NCBI RefSeq assembly: GCF_006345805.1
Contig: NC_043005.1
Span: forward strand, 12,276,001 to 12,340,000
Reading direction: 5' to 3'
DNA: 64,000 nt
DNA from: Octopus sinensis
Lineage: Eukaryota
Shown here in pieces: positions 13,395-26,578 of the stretch. Position 1 is the stretch's first letter. Every line of letters begins with the position of its first letter. The notes under the pieces are model-generated. The model was not told the DNA's origin. It saw only the letters and a program-made list of their open reading frames with translations, and made no database searches. Both the position numbers and the translations under genes were made by a program.

Positions 13395-13776
13395 ATATAT
13401 ATATGCATACATACATATACATATGCATAATATATGTATGTATGTGTGTTTGTGTATATATGTTTGGGGGTGTTATACCCACATAGTCAGAATGCCTTCC
13501 TACGAACGGATGTACCCCACTATATAATCCCCAAAGAATTATTTCCCTTTATGGTAATGCTTATTTTGCATTTCACAACTTACGGAATTGATTAAATGAA
13601 CACAACTGGGCTTGATATGATTGAAAAAAGATATGAAATTTTAAATTTATGACCCAATATCCTCGCAATCAAACTACTGAAGCGAGTAAAGTGGAAACTA
13701 AGAATGTGTATCGTATGGCGATTTGCAAACTGTGGGTGTTTTGTATATTATATCTAGCATATGTATATTATATCAG

Positions 13777-14007
13777 GGCGGCGAGCTGGCAGAAACGTTA
13801 GCGCGCCGGGCGAAATGCTTAGCTGTATTTCGTCTGTCGTTACGTTCCGAGTTCAAATTCCGCCGAGGTCGACTTTGCCTTTCATCCTTTCGTGGTCGAT
13901 AAATAAAGTACCAGATACGCACTGGGGTCGATGTAATCGACTTAATCCCTTTGTCTGTCGTTGTCTGTTCCCTCTATGTTTAGCCCCTTGTGGGCAATAA
14001 AGAAATA
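13777..14007 (+). mobile_element. tRNA-derived SINE family D
   Basis: GGCGGCGAGCTGGCAGAAACGTTAGC...GAGTTCAAATTCCGCC (B box-like), central GCCTTTCATCCTTTCG.GGTCGATAAA..AAGTACCAG (resembles the Meta/Nin-type SINE central domain) and tail TTTAGCCCCTTGTGGG..ATAAAGAAATA. Confidence 0.9.
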
Positions 14008-15233
14008 TATATCTAGCAAGACATATGAATACGTATAGGTTTCTTCGATTGCTCAGATTATCTCAGTAGAGTAGATCGCGGATTGATTGATTTGGTAGAG
14101 CGTCGAACAAAATGTCTTGTCATATTTAGTCGCTTTTGCAATTCAGACGTGTATTCCTGTCGAATTGAGATCGTCTTTCATCGATGAAAATAATCACTAG
14201 TTATCATCATAGTCGCTCTTTTATTGATTGTAAACTCAGCCATATAGCCTTTTGTTTATATTAAAATGCATAATCAGTAATTATATTCCCTTTAACTGCT
14301 CATCAACAGGCAGATCATACTGTGTTTCATCACCCTTAAACTCCTTTACATAAAGGTACTACATTTCTAAATTAGTAGACAGAAGCAAAATCATAAATAA
14401 TTGATTCGGGTATCTTTATATAAGCCGAATGGTTAATAATTCGTTCCTCATCACCTTCTTTACATCTTTTATATTCATGTAGACACTATGTATTCCTTGA
14501 AACTAGAACAGCTAAATATGCATAAGGTACATTAAAGGGGACCATTTATTGGTGTGAATGATTGATAATTGACTTCGAGGAGCTTCTACGTAAGTACTGA
14601 ATATCCTACGAATGCGGTCGAAAGTTTGGCTTTATTCCAATTTCAAAGTGCTTATTGAGAAATTTCCTCTCCCACCACTGCAAAAATGAAAAATAGATAT
14701 GAAAAATGTTTTAAGCCTCACAGCCAAAAAGTAATTTAATATGAGTTAGCTTCAACATCCAATAACACAAATAACTTAATGTTAACGGTAATGCTTCTCT
14801 TGTGCGATTAATCATAAATTGGAATATGTAGGAATTGATAACGTAAAATTCAAAACTAAATGCTAATTAGCATTTAACTCTCAACTAATAAAAAAATTAA
14901 AGCAAACAAAAAGGGGAAACCATGTACAGGTTTTATGGTGCCTTTTGAAAATACTGTTACTGGTGATGCATAAACAGATAATTTAAATTTTAGTTGGTGG
15001 TTGCATTATTAAAAATTAAGTGCAAGCATTATTTATGCTGGCAACATTTACAGTTCGTTTGTCATTTTTCGATTAAATAAATTAAATCAACATTTTACAA
15101 TGCATAAGAGTATGCAATGGCTAGGACTAATTAAAAAAAAATACTTGTCTAAGTTCACTGTTCCATGAAATGTGGATTCATAAAACATACTTTGTGATGA
15201 TCTAGTAAAAATAGCCAGCGGGTCTCCATCAAT

Positions 15234-15800
15234 TCACAGATTTGTGATTAAAACTAGAGAGGTTGCGTTGGGTAAGGCAAAACTAGATATCTTTAAAAAT
15301 TTAATCGTAGATACCGAATTAAATACTGATTTAGGGGACAAAAAATAACTGCCTGTGGAAACAGTAAAACACAAGAATTTCTTGTTCAACCAATAAATTG
15401 AATTCATATACACACACAAAGAATAAAGAAAAAGAATCCAATCACAATTACCAATCAGCAACCATTAGTAAATAGTAAACATCATTAACTATTGTTATGC
15501 AGCACTAATTTGCTTAAGTGAACATTAGCAAAAAATTACTTATTCATTATATTAAGTTTTTAATCCATTGCCTGACGGTATTAACACAAATTACTTCATA
15601 TAAACAATTTATTATTATTAATTAATAATAAATTAGTATTAACTAGTAGTACTGAACGCTAAGCAGTATCATTTAGTGTCGATACTTTGGTAAGAAAAAA
15701 TGGGCTAGCTCCTGAAACAACAAGGGGCGGTGAAGTTACATTCCTCGGTTCAGAGGTCTTGTCAGTTTGCAGTAACCCGAGCATTTTCGTTCAGTTCACA
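15234..15800 (-). mobile_element. Possible ancient Penelope-like ORF remnant
   Basis: DWILFLYSLCV...KSVFN...TIK...S...PNATSLV loosely matches the PLE motif WFNPPYS..V...KIFN..TVK.SYS..PN..SII that is clearer at 46015-46170. Confidence 0.35.
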
Positions 15801-17149
15801 TATTTATGAGTATGTTAGGGAGACCAGAGTAAAGCGGAAAAGCGAAATAGTATGTTAGATAATTTTTTCTGGACGTGTTAATGTTTAAATCAAATGCAAG
15901 AATAATGCAAATAGATAGGCTCACTCCTCCTTAAGACCTTTTAAGAACTTATAAATGCTGATAGGACTGGGTAAGAGGATCTCACTAAATTAACAAGGAA
16001 TATTGTGACAAAGACTTATTAGAAATTAGTGTGATTTGAGAAAGTAACTAGTCTCCAGGGTGTAGGATACAGGGCGAAATTTTACATTACAGGTGAATGT
16101 TTTTTAATTATGATTTACAATTATGTTTTAGGGGTTGATCATGTTTTTTAGGTTTTCTAAGCAATGAACTTTGTATTGTTGTGGCACATCTACGTGAGAA
16201 GAATTTGGTAAATTTCATCCCATAGCCTTAGTCTATGTGAAGGAACATAAGATGGCCGTGGTTGCACACATAACAGTTTCGATTAAAATATATTTACTAT
16301 CAGGGTTACGTAGCATAAAAGTAGAGGTGTTCCGACTTATCGGAACATTTAAACGGCTTTTCGGTCCTGCAGATAGAAATGAATGCATAGTAAATGTATG
16401 TGTGTCTGTTAGTCACCATTAGAGTAAATAAGTGATCGACAGTTAACGTTTGATGGAACGAAGGATTTTAGATGAGAAATGTACATAAGATGTTTGGCTT
16501 GTCAATGCGAGTGTCAGCAATAAAGGAAAAGGATAATACCAATTGAAGATAAGGATAATTGCATCAATATTCGCTAACAATAGCCCATGCCATTCATTAA
16601 TAGTCAACAGTATTAATTATTATTAGTTTGCTGTACTGACAGAAGCAAGAGCACGTAACATAGAATTCTTGGCTGCATTTAGTTACGACCCTTTATATTC
16701 TGGATTCAATCCCACTGCAGTCGTCTTTATTCCTCATTCCGTCGGAGTTGATAACATGAAATACTCAGGGCTTATTCGATTTGTAATACACTCTCTACGA
16801 TTGCAAAAATCAATAAAATCAATAAAAGACAACTGTAGTGAATAGACACTGCATGTGTGGGCAACAAAGAACTTGTACAGCTGCATCACCTTTAATAATA
16901 GATCTTCTCGATCGTCATTGACGTTTCATGTTGGTTAAATCTAGGGATGCAATGCGTATCTCCGAGATCTTAAATGTTTTGATCTTATTACATTATTTTG
17001 CATCTTACACAAATAGAATAACTTCTAAATGGAATTTGTCATTTGTGTTTTATTGAATGGTGTTGCAGATAATTCTATTTAAGTTTTCGACCGTTTGTTT
17101 TTTTCCTCCTGATTTTATTTCGTTTGCACGTATTTGTAATAGTTGTTAT

Positions 17150-17504
17150 CGGACTCGCGGTCGTAGGATCGAGGTTTCGATTCCCAGACCGGGCTTTGTG
17201 AGTGTTTATTGAGCGAAAACACCTAAAAGCTCCACGAGGCTCCGGCAGGGATGGTGGTGATCCCTGCTGTACTCTTTCACCACAACTTTCTCTCACTCTT
17301 ACTTCCTGTTTCTGTTGTACCTGTATTTCAAAGGGCCGGCCTTGTCACTCTCTGTGTCACGCTGAATATCCCCGAGAACTACGTTAAGGGTACACGTGTC
17401 TGTGGAGTGCTCAGCCACTTACACGTTAATTTCACGAGCAGGCTGTTCCGTTGATCGGATCAACCGGAACCCTCGTCGTCGTAACCGACGGAGTGCTTCC
17501 ATCC
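17150..17504 (+). mobile_element. SINE family C, slightly 5'-truncated, with 12-bp TSD
   Basis: Matches the family C head from CGGACTCGCGGTCGTAGGATCG. TSD AATAGTTGTTAT at 17138-17149 and 17505-17516. Confidence 0.92.
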
Positions 17505-17766
17505 AATAGTTGTTATTCTACTTGATTAATAGGCCGATGGATTGGCATGTATGCTAACCTGCATGACTAAACGCCTTACAGCATTAGTTCCTAGTCTTTA
17601 AGTCCTCAGTTCTCCTTCCATCAAGGTCAAAGAAATATTTCATTGCCCAAGCCTCAGTAAAACAAAGTGCCAGTGAAGCAAAAAACGGTTTCTATTTCAA
17701 CGACTAGATTTTGCCACACTAAATCGCTGGATCCGTACCTAGATTAGCCGCAATTATTAATGGTTT

Positions 17767-18122
17767 ATGATAATAATAATGAAATTAATTGTATACAGTG
17801 CTCAGGTGCACCACAACTTGTCAGAAAGTGCATATGAAGTACATGCAGTAATGTAGAAATGTCTGGAAAGCGAACAATGTATGAGTCAGATACATGCTTG
17901 TGTGTGTATGGAGGGGAGAAAATCAGGTGTAGTGTTGGTGAATCTCAGGAAGCATGGAAGTTTTGAAGGATGCAGTGCTCCGACAACTTACAACTGATGC
18001 CGGCAGTTTGTTCCATGCTTCAGCAACTCTCAGCGTGAAAAAATGTTTGCTGAAGTCATGGGAGCTGTGCTGTTTTCTTACTTTGTAAATATGTCCACAG
18101 GTGTTAGATGGGTGGAGTTTGA
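17767..18122 (-). mobile_element. CR1-clade LINE 3' end (ORF2 C-terminus, 3' UTR, (ATT)n tail)
   Basis: Minus strand NTCGHIYKVRKQHSSHDFSKHFFTLRVAEAWNKLPASVVSCRSTASFKTS matches the CR1 pattern TRGH..K...FF..RV...WN.LP..VV....FK. Confidence 0.88.
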
Positions 18123-18519
18123 TGTATGATTATTCACAAGCTGTCCAATTAACTGCTCATATATTCTAAAGCCTTTGAGCATTTGGTTCATGAAATTCTC
18201 ATTGCATGGTTCAGGTTTTCATTAATGTAGTGTTACATCTGTTGCACTAGATTAGCTTGTATATTCTTGCGAAGATATTATTGACGCTGTTATTGCCTGG
18301 TGTAAAAATTAAAAACGATGATAACAGAATCAATAATATAGGCGAGTGCAGGCCCAAGAAAGTGTTAAATAGCTGAAAGATTAGAATTGATTAAAAGATA
18401 TACTAAGTATGTCTACCTACCAGAAATAGCAGTCAAGGCCCTTATTTAAATGCCCGAAAAGAACGCTAATATTAACTACAGAAATCAACCGTCTGCGAGC
18501 AAACAGATCAAGAAAATAT

Positions 18520-18731
18520 TTCAACATACACTCAAGTATTTTCACTCAGGTGGACCGGTCTCCGGACTGGCATTATAGCCACACCTTCCTTAGCACGGGT
18601 TACCATGATGAAAAGCCTCAACCGGCCACGTTGAACGGTTGGGACTTTTCATCATGGTAACACGTGCTGAGCAAGGTGAGACTATAACGACACTCCAGAA
18701 ACCGGTCCACGTGAGTGCAATGTATGTTGAA
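18520..18731. repeat. Imperfect hairpin; ungapped 82-bp arms (18543-18624 / 18636-18717) with an 11-nt loop
   Basis: Hand alignment gives 13 isolated mismatches and no indels. An outer TTCAACATACA/TGTATGTTGAA pair extends it. Confidence 0.93.
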
Positions 18732-19076
18732 AAATCGTCTTTCTGTAGTTATTATCAGGGTTCTTTTCGGCGATTTAAATAAAAGGTTTGGCTGTTATTT
18801 CCAGTAGGCAGACATACCACACCGCCACTCCTACGCCTGCATATACATTTCTATGAATATGCATATGTAGCTGTATAAATAAATTCATGCATATGTGCGT
18901 GTGTTTGTGTGTGTGTGTGTGTATGCATGTATGTATTAGAAACGGTCGAAATCCATGCAAGCATTTTGCCCAGCGGACAACGATTCTACTACCTTGCCTG
19001 TGTATATACATACATTTGTATATACATATACATACATACACACACATCCATGTACGCATACGCACACACAAAACAC

Positions 19077-19108
<32 letters not shown>

Positions 19109-19119
19109 TATATATATTA

Positions 19120-19630
<511 letters not shown>

Positions 19631-20128
19631 ATTAAAGAATATATATATATAGGAGTACCTGGGGATGATATGGTGCACGCCAGCATTCTAGCACAGAGAC
19701 ATGCATATTCTCTACGCATTTTTAGCGTGTAAGATAAATACAGCAGACGGAACACGTAAACAGACAAACAGGAATATCACACTACTAGAAAGCTTCCAGT
19801 CTTCGCTGCGTGTGCAAGTTACAGTGATATGCTGTAGTGATGCAAGCAAATCAGCTAAAATTCAAGATTTTGCTTCTCAGCAATCTACGTGTCCCTAAGA
19901 CATAGCTAGCCTCAGAAAGTAATCGATATGCACTTGACAAAATGCTGCAATGCTATATGTTATATATGCCGGAATAACTGGATAGCATCAATTACAGCAA
20001 AAGATCTGCTCTAGGGATGATGCTGAAGCATCTGGTGCAATTGCTCTTTCCATTAGACGACAACTGATGATGTCAATATTATGTAATTTAACAAAACTGT
20101 GCTAGCCTATATATGTATGCATATAAGT

Positions 20129-20217
<89 letters not shown>

Positions 20218-20219
<2 letters not shown>

Positions 20220-20510
20220 AGATCGTTAATTTAAAATAAGATAACAATCTTATCAAGTGGCCAGCATGGAAAAAACAATAATTATTGAAATTATAACTTA
20301 TTATAACTACGAGATACCACCATGCTGAAAATAGCAGCGATGGTCTGACTTTAAAACCACCTTAAATGTTCATATACCACACGGAGAGAAGACAACATGA
20401 CAAGATAAAACTAGTAAAAAATTACTGGATAATTCCAGGTCCCAGATTTCTTGCTTTGCATTTAGGAATGATTTGCCTCATCAGTGGGATATACACAGAG
20501 AGAAACATAA
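20218..20510 (-). mobile_element. (TA)n-anchored Penelope-like terminal repeat family with a decayed hammerhead motif
   Basis: Shared block TAAGATCGTTAATTT...CAAGTGGCCAGCATGGAAA...CCATGCTGAAAATAGCAGC, also at 20830-20990, 40776-40948 and inverted at 40952-41087. Minus strand ATCCCA-CTGATGA...GAAATC at 20430-20490. Confidence 0.7.
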
Positions 20511-20519
20511 ATACATATA

Positions 20520-20588
20520 TGGTGGTGCTATTAAGTTAGACATGGCCTGGGCCAATACTGGCCAAAACCTTTCTAAGTTATTCTAAGT

Positions 20589-20590
<2 letters not shown>
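20520..20590 (+). mobile_element. Extreme 3' end of the LINE at 38655-39077
   Basis: GCTATTAAGTTAGACATGGCCTGGGCCAATACTGGCCAAAACCTTTCTAAGTTA is identical to about 39018-39072. Both copies are followed by (TA)n. Confidence 0.9.
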
Positions 20591-20623
<33 letters not shown>

Positions 20624-21010
20624 CTGTGTGTGTGTGTGTGTGTGTGGTGTGTGTGTGTGTGTGTGTATAAATACAACATACGAATACTTACATATAGAAC
20701 GTGTACATACATATATATGCGCGTATGCATCATGACTAGTTCAAAATGCCCGCTTCTTAATTCCATGTGCGATATGTTTAAAACGTCACCGCAGTAAATA
20801 GTGACGAAATAAATTTAAATTTATATAAGTAAGGATAAGATCGTTAATTTAAAATAAAATAACGATCTTATCAAGTGGTCAGCATGGAAAAAAATAACCT
20901 TCAAAGTTAATAATTATTAAAATTATGACTTAAGCTATTTACGAGATACCACCATGCTGAAAATAGCAACCATGCTGAAAATAGCAGCTATATAAGTTAT
21001 AATTTTATAA

Positions 21011-22009
21011 CAGTGGATAATGGCAGCCATTATCATCGAAAATGAGGAAAAGGAGACATTCTTCAAGCCACGATAACGGACGAAAGAGGAAGGAAAGGGG
21101 GAACATTAGAGATGAGTGTCCAGGCAGACACAGAGGTCTTGGAACGTTTGTCCGAGACGATCATAATGGGAGATATAACTTTAAGAGTATGGGTGGAGGG
21201 CAGAGCTCCTCGGTGTTTCAAATGCGGCCTGAAGGGCCACATAAGAGCTAATTGCCCTCCACTAGCGAAGGAACCAAGTAAAGAACCAACAAAAGAGGTA
21301 GAAGAACCCAAGGAAGAACAGAAAGAGCCAAGAGTGGAAGAGAAACAAGTGGTCGTAGAAGAGGATCCAGCAGAATGGGAATCCATGGGGAAAAGGAAGA
21401 AGAGAAAAAGAAAAAAAGGCAAGCTATACTGAACCCCAACCCATCCCAGCACCACCCGCACCCTTTGTGGCCCACCCTTCCCTTGCAGACGTTAAATCTA
21501 ACCACTCCCCACCAACAACAGACATACAGGATAACTTACAAAATTTTCGTCCCGCAGACCATTATATAGGTGTAATAGACGATGAAGACTTATTTGAAAT
21601 ATTGAAGTATTGGGGAAAGGTTGATTTGTCAGACAGAGGGAATGGGGAGTGGGGTTGAAGTAGTATTATCAGGGGACCATATAAAAGAACTCGAAGAAGA
21701 ACTTAATATGGTTTATTTGTTAGCAAAGAAAAGGATAGAATCGGATAGGAGGTATGAACTTTCAGAAACAAAATGGGGTGAAACTGGAGGACTACATTAT
21801 TTTTTTAATGAAATAGGGAAAGAAGGCAAGTAAGTGATTTTAATTGATGGGGCGGTTAACATCACTCTCATTTCTCATTTTCACCCTTTTCATCTTTTAT
21901 CATACGTTTATGTTTTTGTTTTAATTTGAATTTGAATTTTTGGTGTTTTGTGTCCCCAATTTATTGTGATGTCCCCTCTATGTAAACCCTTTATGAGAAA
22001 TAAAAAAAA
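21011..22009 (+). mobile_element. ORF1/Gag-like zinc-knuckle retroelement with poly(A) tail and no RT (HAL1-like), 5'-truncated and frameshifted
   Basis: ORF 21112-21432 contains RVWVEGRAPRCFKCGLKGHIRANC (CX2CX4HX4C), an E/K-rich linker and W..MGKRKKRK. Coding-like sequence continues across frameshifts to a stop at 21833, then a T-rich 3' UTR, AATAAA and A8 (21999-22009). Confidence 0.75.
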
Positions 22010-22477
22010 TCATAGAGCACAGTTTTAGCTATCTTTTCATTGAAGAAGGTTTATGTTCGTATAACCTGTGTTAATTCTGTAAGACTTTAAAATGGAAGAT
22101 AAGAAAGTTCATTGTCGGCACTTGATGCTTTGGGAACCAGACAAAAATTGCTGCAGCTCGGCTGGAATGTGTTACCCCACCCTCCATATTCACCAGATAT
22201 TGCTCCTTCGGATTTCCACTTATTTAGGTCTCTGCAGAATAGTCTTAAGGGTAAAAATTTCAATTCCTTGGATGACGTAAAAACATAACTTGATGAATTC
22301 TTTACCATGAAACCACCCTAATTCTGGGAAGAGGGTATTTTCTAGCTAAAGGAAAGATGGAGATGCATTGTGTAACAAAATGGTTCATATTTGATTGATT
22401 AAAAATGTAATGGCAAGTATTCATTGACCTTTTTCATTCCTTTAAAAAGCAACACCAACTTTCCGGACAACCCAATA
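22010..22477 (+). mobile_element. Second copy of the non-autonomous mariner; left end missing
   Basis: MEDKKVHCRHLMLW fused to QKLLQLGWNVLPHPPYSPDIAPSDFHLF. Right TIR AACTTTCCGGACAACCCAATA. Confidence 0.92.
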
Positions 22478-22897
22478 TATTTGTCTGGAGAAGAATATGT
22501 GTATGACATTGTGTTATTGCTATTAGTAAACAGAAACGCGTCTGAATATATGACAAATTCCCATTCTCTTTTAACATATATATTCTTGTTGTCTTTACTA
22601 ATTTAATAAAAATTTACATAGTGGCATTAGCGCATGTAAATATGTAAAATGAGTCGCATACTCGATGGAAGAGATTAAGATAAACTGGATAATACACTGC
22701 AGTGCTAAATTAGCTTCGGCTTGATTTAAATAACCTGTGCATAGAATATGTTGGGCGGTTATAAAACGTCATTTAAAAAATAATGGCACTAAAGTACAAA
22801 GGCTGAAAACTTTTGCTCTAGTTTTTCCACGGGTCGATGAAGTAGCTATCAGTTAATTATATGGAACTATTTAATCGGTTTTGTTTAAACTAACTTC

Positions 22898-23307
22898 GGA
22901 TCTTTTCGGTTTGAACGGCAGTTTTTTCTAGCGGTGTCATATGAAATTGTCACCCATAATTATGACCCTAGAATCGATCTATTGCATTTCAATCTGTTTT
23001 AGGGTTAGGGTTAGGGGTTATGGAAGGGTATCTTTTTTCCTTCACAAATGTAAATAAACCCAATCTTAAACGAGGGACATATTCATACGGCATAGAATGC
23101 TTTTTAACTCAATAGACGTCACAGATTGGTTGAAATTGCAGAAATGGAAGAAGGAAAACAACAAATATCTTACAAACTATAGAATTTTCTCAGTAAAGCC
23201 AAGAGAAAAAGATGTTTTATAAACACAGTCTACCAGTATACGAAGTTTAAAATCTTTTAGTTACCTAGAAAATATGTTAAAAACTGCCGTGAAAACCGAA
23301 AAGATCC
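22898..23307. mobile_element. MITE with ~28-bp TIRs and 8-bp TSD, containing TTAGGG repeats
   Basis: GGATCTTTTCGGTTTGAACGGCAGTTTT ... AAAACTGCCGTGAAAACCGAAAAGATCC. TSD CTAACTTC at 22890-22897 and 23308-23315. Three TTAGGG units at about 22999-23017. Confidence 0.92.
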
Positions 23308-24050
23308 CTAACTTCTTCAGATATCGGGATAATTTTACACTTCACAGTTAAACTACTATAGCCAAACTAGCAGATAACCACAACTAATTGGGTGATTTTA
23401 TACATTTATTTTTAATATTTTCCTGTTTCAGCGTCTTAAAAGTGACACAGCTTTCTTGCTGCTTCAAGCATCTTCTCGTAGGCGTTATACAAAGATTAAA
23501 AAAAAAAGAAGGTTTATCTTTACTGTAGTCGAAATGCCATTAATAGCTAAAAGAGATCTTTCGTATTTATAAGCAAAGCTTGCAATCTACTCCTCAACAT
23601 ACACAGATCTAACTATAGCAGAGCATTATACTATATATGTACAAATGCCACGGTTTTATTTTTTAATAGATTAGGAAAAAGAAAAAAAATTCTCCTTCAT
23701 GTATTTTAATATTGTTTGAATAGGATTTTTTTTTGTATATACAAACGGTTACACAGCATCACACTTTACATGTCTGCTGCCATCTCTTCCCTCACCAACC
23801 AATTACGCTTCCATTTACGATATATATATTATATATATATATATATATGCATACATATATATTTATGTGTTATGCATATGTTTATGTATATATTAGTGTG
23901 TGTGTATGTATGTATATATATATACATACATACATATGTATGTATATATATATATATATAATATATATATATATATATACATATGTATATATATATATAT
24001 ATATATACATACATATGTATATATATATATATATACGTACATATATATAT

Positions 24051-24098
<48 letters not shown>

Positions 24099-25074
24099 TA
24101 TATAAATACATCTATGTGTGTGTGAAGAGAGAGAGCGAGAATTACACGCGCACACATACTCGCACACAACGCACACGCACGCCCACACGCACACGGGCAT
24201 ACACATCCACACGCAAAACGTTCTCGCACATGCTATATGCCTTTGTTATGTCGACCAATAGTGTATCACGTGAGACAGACACTTTAGAAAATAATAAATA
24301 TAACTACCATGATAATGGAATCAATCAGAGATAAAAGCTACTAGAACATCATTACTAGCATAACTAATAACGAGAAACTGCTACTACTACTACTACTACC
24401 ACCTACACTACTACTACCACCTACACCACTACTACTACTATTGCTGTTGCTGCTGTTCATACTATCACTTACTCCACCATCAGAATTATAACTTCCTCAA
24501 CGTTCCAATTTACTTCAATATACCCATCAAGATCTTGGTACTTGAAACCACTGCGAGTCTTACGTTATCGCTTCGTCCCACAACCTTAAACGTCTTAGAG
24601 TTCATATTTTGTCTTTCTTGAAATGATCCTATTTTCTGTGGAGTTTTGTTTCTTTTTTTTTTTTTGCGTTGTGTGACAGTTTTCCACTCCTCTCCAAGTG
24701 TTCTAACTCAGCGCGAAAATAGAAATATACTAGAAAAAAATAGGGGTGATTCCTGAAACTAAGGACGAAGCGACGCATTCCAGTACTCTGAGACTTGTGA
24801 GCGCTAACAATGCCTATACTCTGCTAATGTTCTGGGCATCGCTACTCTTCCTTTTGCATTCTTCGTCAGCTGTTCTGGTCCTTTCTAACAGAAATCTCTC
24901 AGCGGTTCTTAATGGCCTTCATATAATTAATATAGGCTTTCTGACATGAATCCGTATTGTCATCTTTGAGGAAGCTATCTGAGGAAGCTATCACGCAGCA
25001 AATTCGCTTATATAAAAATATAAAAAATGTACATACACAATTGAATGTACATCCAATAATGTTTACAATATCAT

Positions 25075-25381
25075 TGTTTGTTCCTTCTCGAGCCATGCCT
25101 GGCTCATTAGGGCCAGTTTCCCGGTTTCCTTGGCGTATAGGTTCCCCACCTGGACGGGACACCGGTCCGTTGCAAGTGAGCTGCAATATGCAGGAGGAAA
25201 GAGTAAGAGAAAGTTGTGGCGAAAGAGTCAGCAGAAGTTCGCCATTACCTTCTGCCAGAAGGAGCCGCGTGGAGCTTAGTTGTTCCGCTCATAAACACAC
25301 ACATCGCCCAGTCTGAAATTCGAACCCGCAATCCATCGACCGCGAGTCCCCTGCTCTAACCACTAGGCCATATGCCTCCAC
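25075..25381 (-). mobile_element. SINE with family C-like head and a distinct tail
   Basis: Minus strand GTGGAGGCATATGGCCTAGTGGTTAGAGCAG...GGTTCGAATTTC, tail GGACCGGTGTCCCGTCCAGGTGGGG...GGAAACCGGGAAACTGGCCCTAATGAGCC...AACAAACAA. Confidence 0.85.
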
Positions 25382-25824
25382 TTATACTATCATAGCTGCT
25401 TTTAATTCAAAATTTAGCTTTGTTTCACATGTGCCACACTACAGCACATCAGCAAGTAAGCTTCACGCTATTTCCATATATGTCCCAGACCGGTGATTTA
25501 TTTCCTTTCGAGGTGTGTCGAGTACATGGTACCGAGGTACTACAGTAATAGGGAAACTACTCGTATCTAGCATTCTTGCTCACCTCGGGAGGAGTTGTGT
25601 CGCCTGTTCTAGTAGAGTCAGTGCTCTTTAACACGCGGGGTTGTATGGGGAGCTTCCATGCTATCCTGCAACAAATTGCTATGTAGGCAAAAGACGTACG
25701 CTATGTAAGTATGACTGATGATATATGCACGTATGTATATGTGTGTATCTGTATCAATACATACATAATCATATACATGTACACACATACATACACACAC
25801 ACACACATATAGTTTTATTCTTTA

Positions 25825-25900
25825 ATTCAACGCCGGCTGTGGAGCGGTGATGGGGAACAAACATAGACACAAAGACACACACACACATATAATATATATG

Positions 25901-25931
<31 letters not shown>

Positions 25932-26578
25932 ATGTGTATATATAAATATTTAAATGAACACACATACACACACACATATGTGTGTGTGTGCACATACGGG
26001 TACAGTATGTCACCAAAGGTGCAAATAACATGAAATAAGTAAACCAACGAGAGAAGAAAAATGGACAACCGAACAAGTAAACACAGGCAAACGACCCTGC
26101 ATCAGTTGTCGGCTGTCTATCTACTCCTCATTTCGAGCATCCGACGACAATATGATTCTTCAAAGACAGTTGCTCCCATAAATTCTAAAAGAAAATAAAA
26201 ATTAGGATTTATGGAGGGTCAAAGTTGGGAATAAAAACAGCACAGTGGAGACATACAAGGAAAGAGAACGAAAACAAAAATGGAGGGTCGTTAAACCAGG
26301 GCGAGAGGAAAATACTGAACTGTGGGAGGAATATTTTCTTTGAATAGAGAAAAAAATAGAAGAGAGAGACAGAAAAAAAAAACGCCCAGTCCTTTGAACG
26401 TCCATGCAGGAATACGACGGTCCTCTTTCAGTTTCCGTCTACCAAATCTATTCAGCAGGCTTTGGTCGGCCTGAGGTTATAGTAGGAGACACTTGCCCAA
26501 GGTACCATGAAGTGGAACAGAAATCGGAACCATGTAGTTGGAAAATAAACTTCTAACCACACAGCCATGCTTGCACCT
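25825..26578 (-). mobile_element. Degenerate SINE family A copy interrupted in its microsatellite by an unrelated insert (about 26000-26410)
   Basis: GCGGTGATGGGGAACAAACATAGACAC at about 25845 and CTTTCAGTTTCCGTCTACCAAATC...CCACACAGCCATGCTTGCACCT at 26425-26578. Confidence 0.7.

Noticed and set aside
26085-26170. Hammerhead-like fragments here and at 34290-34335 and 52330-52385
   Set aside because: Core boxes are mutated and stems cannot be built consistently, so they were not counted as ribozymes.
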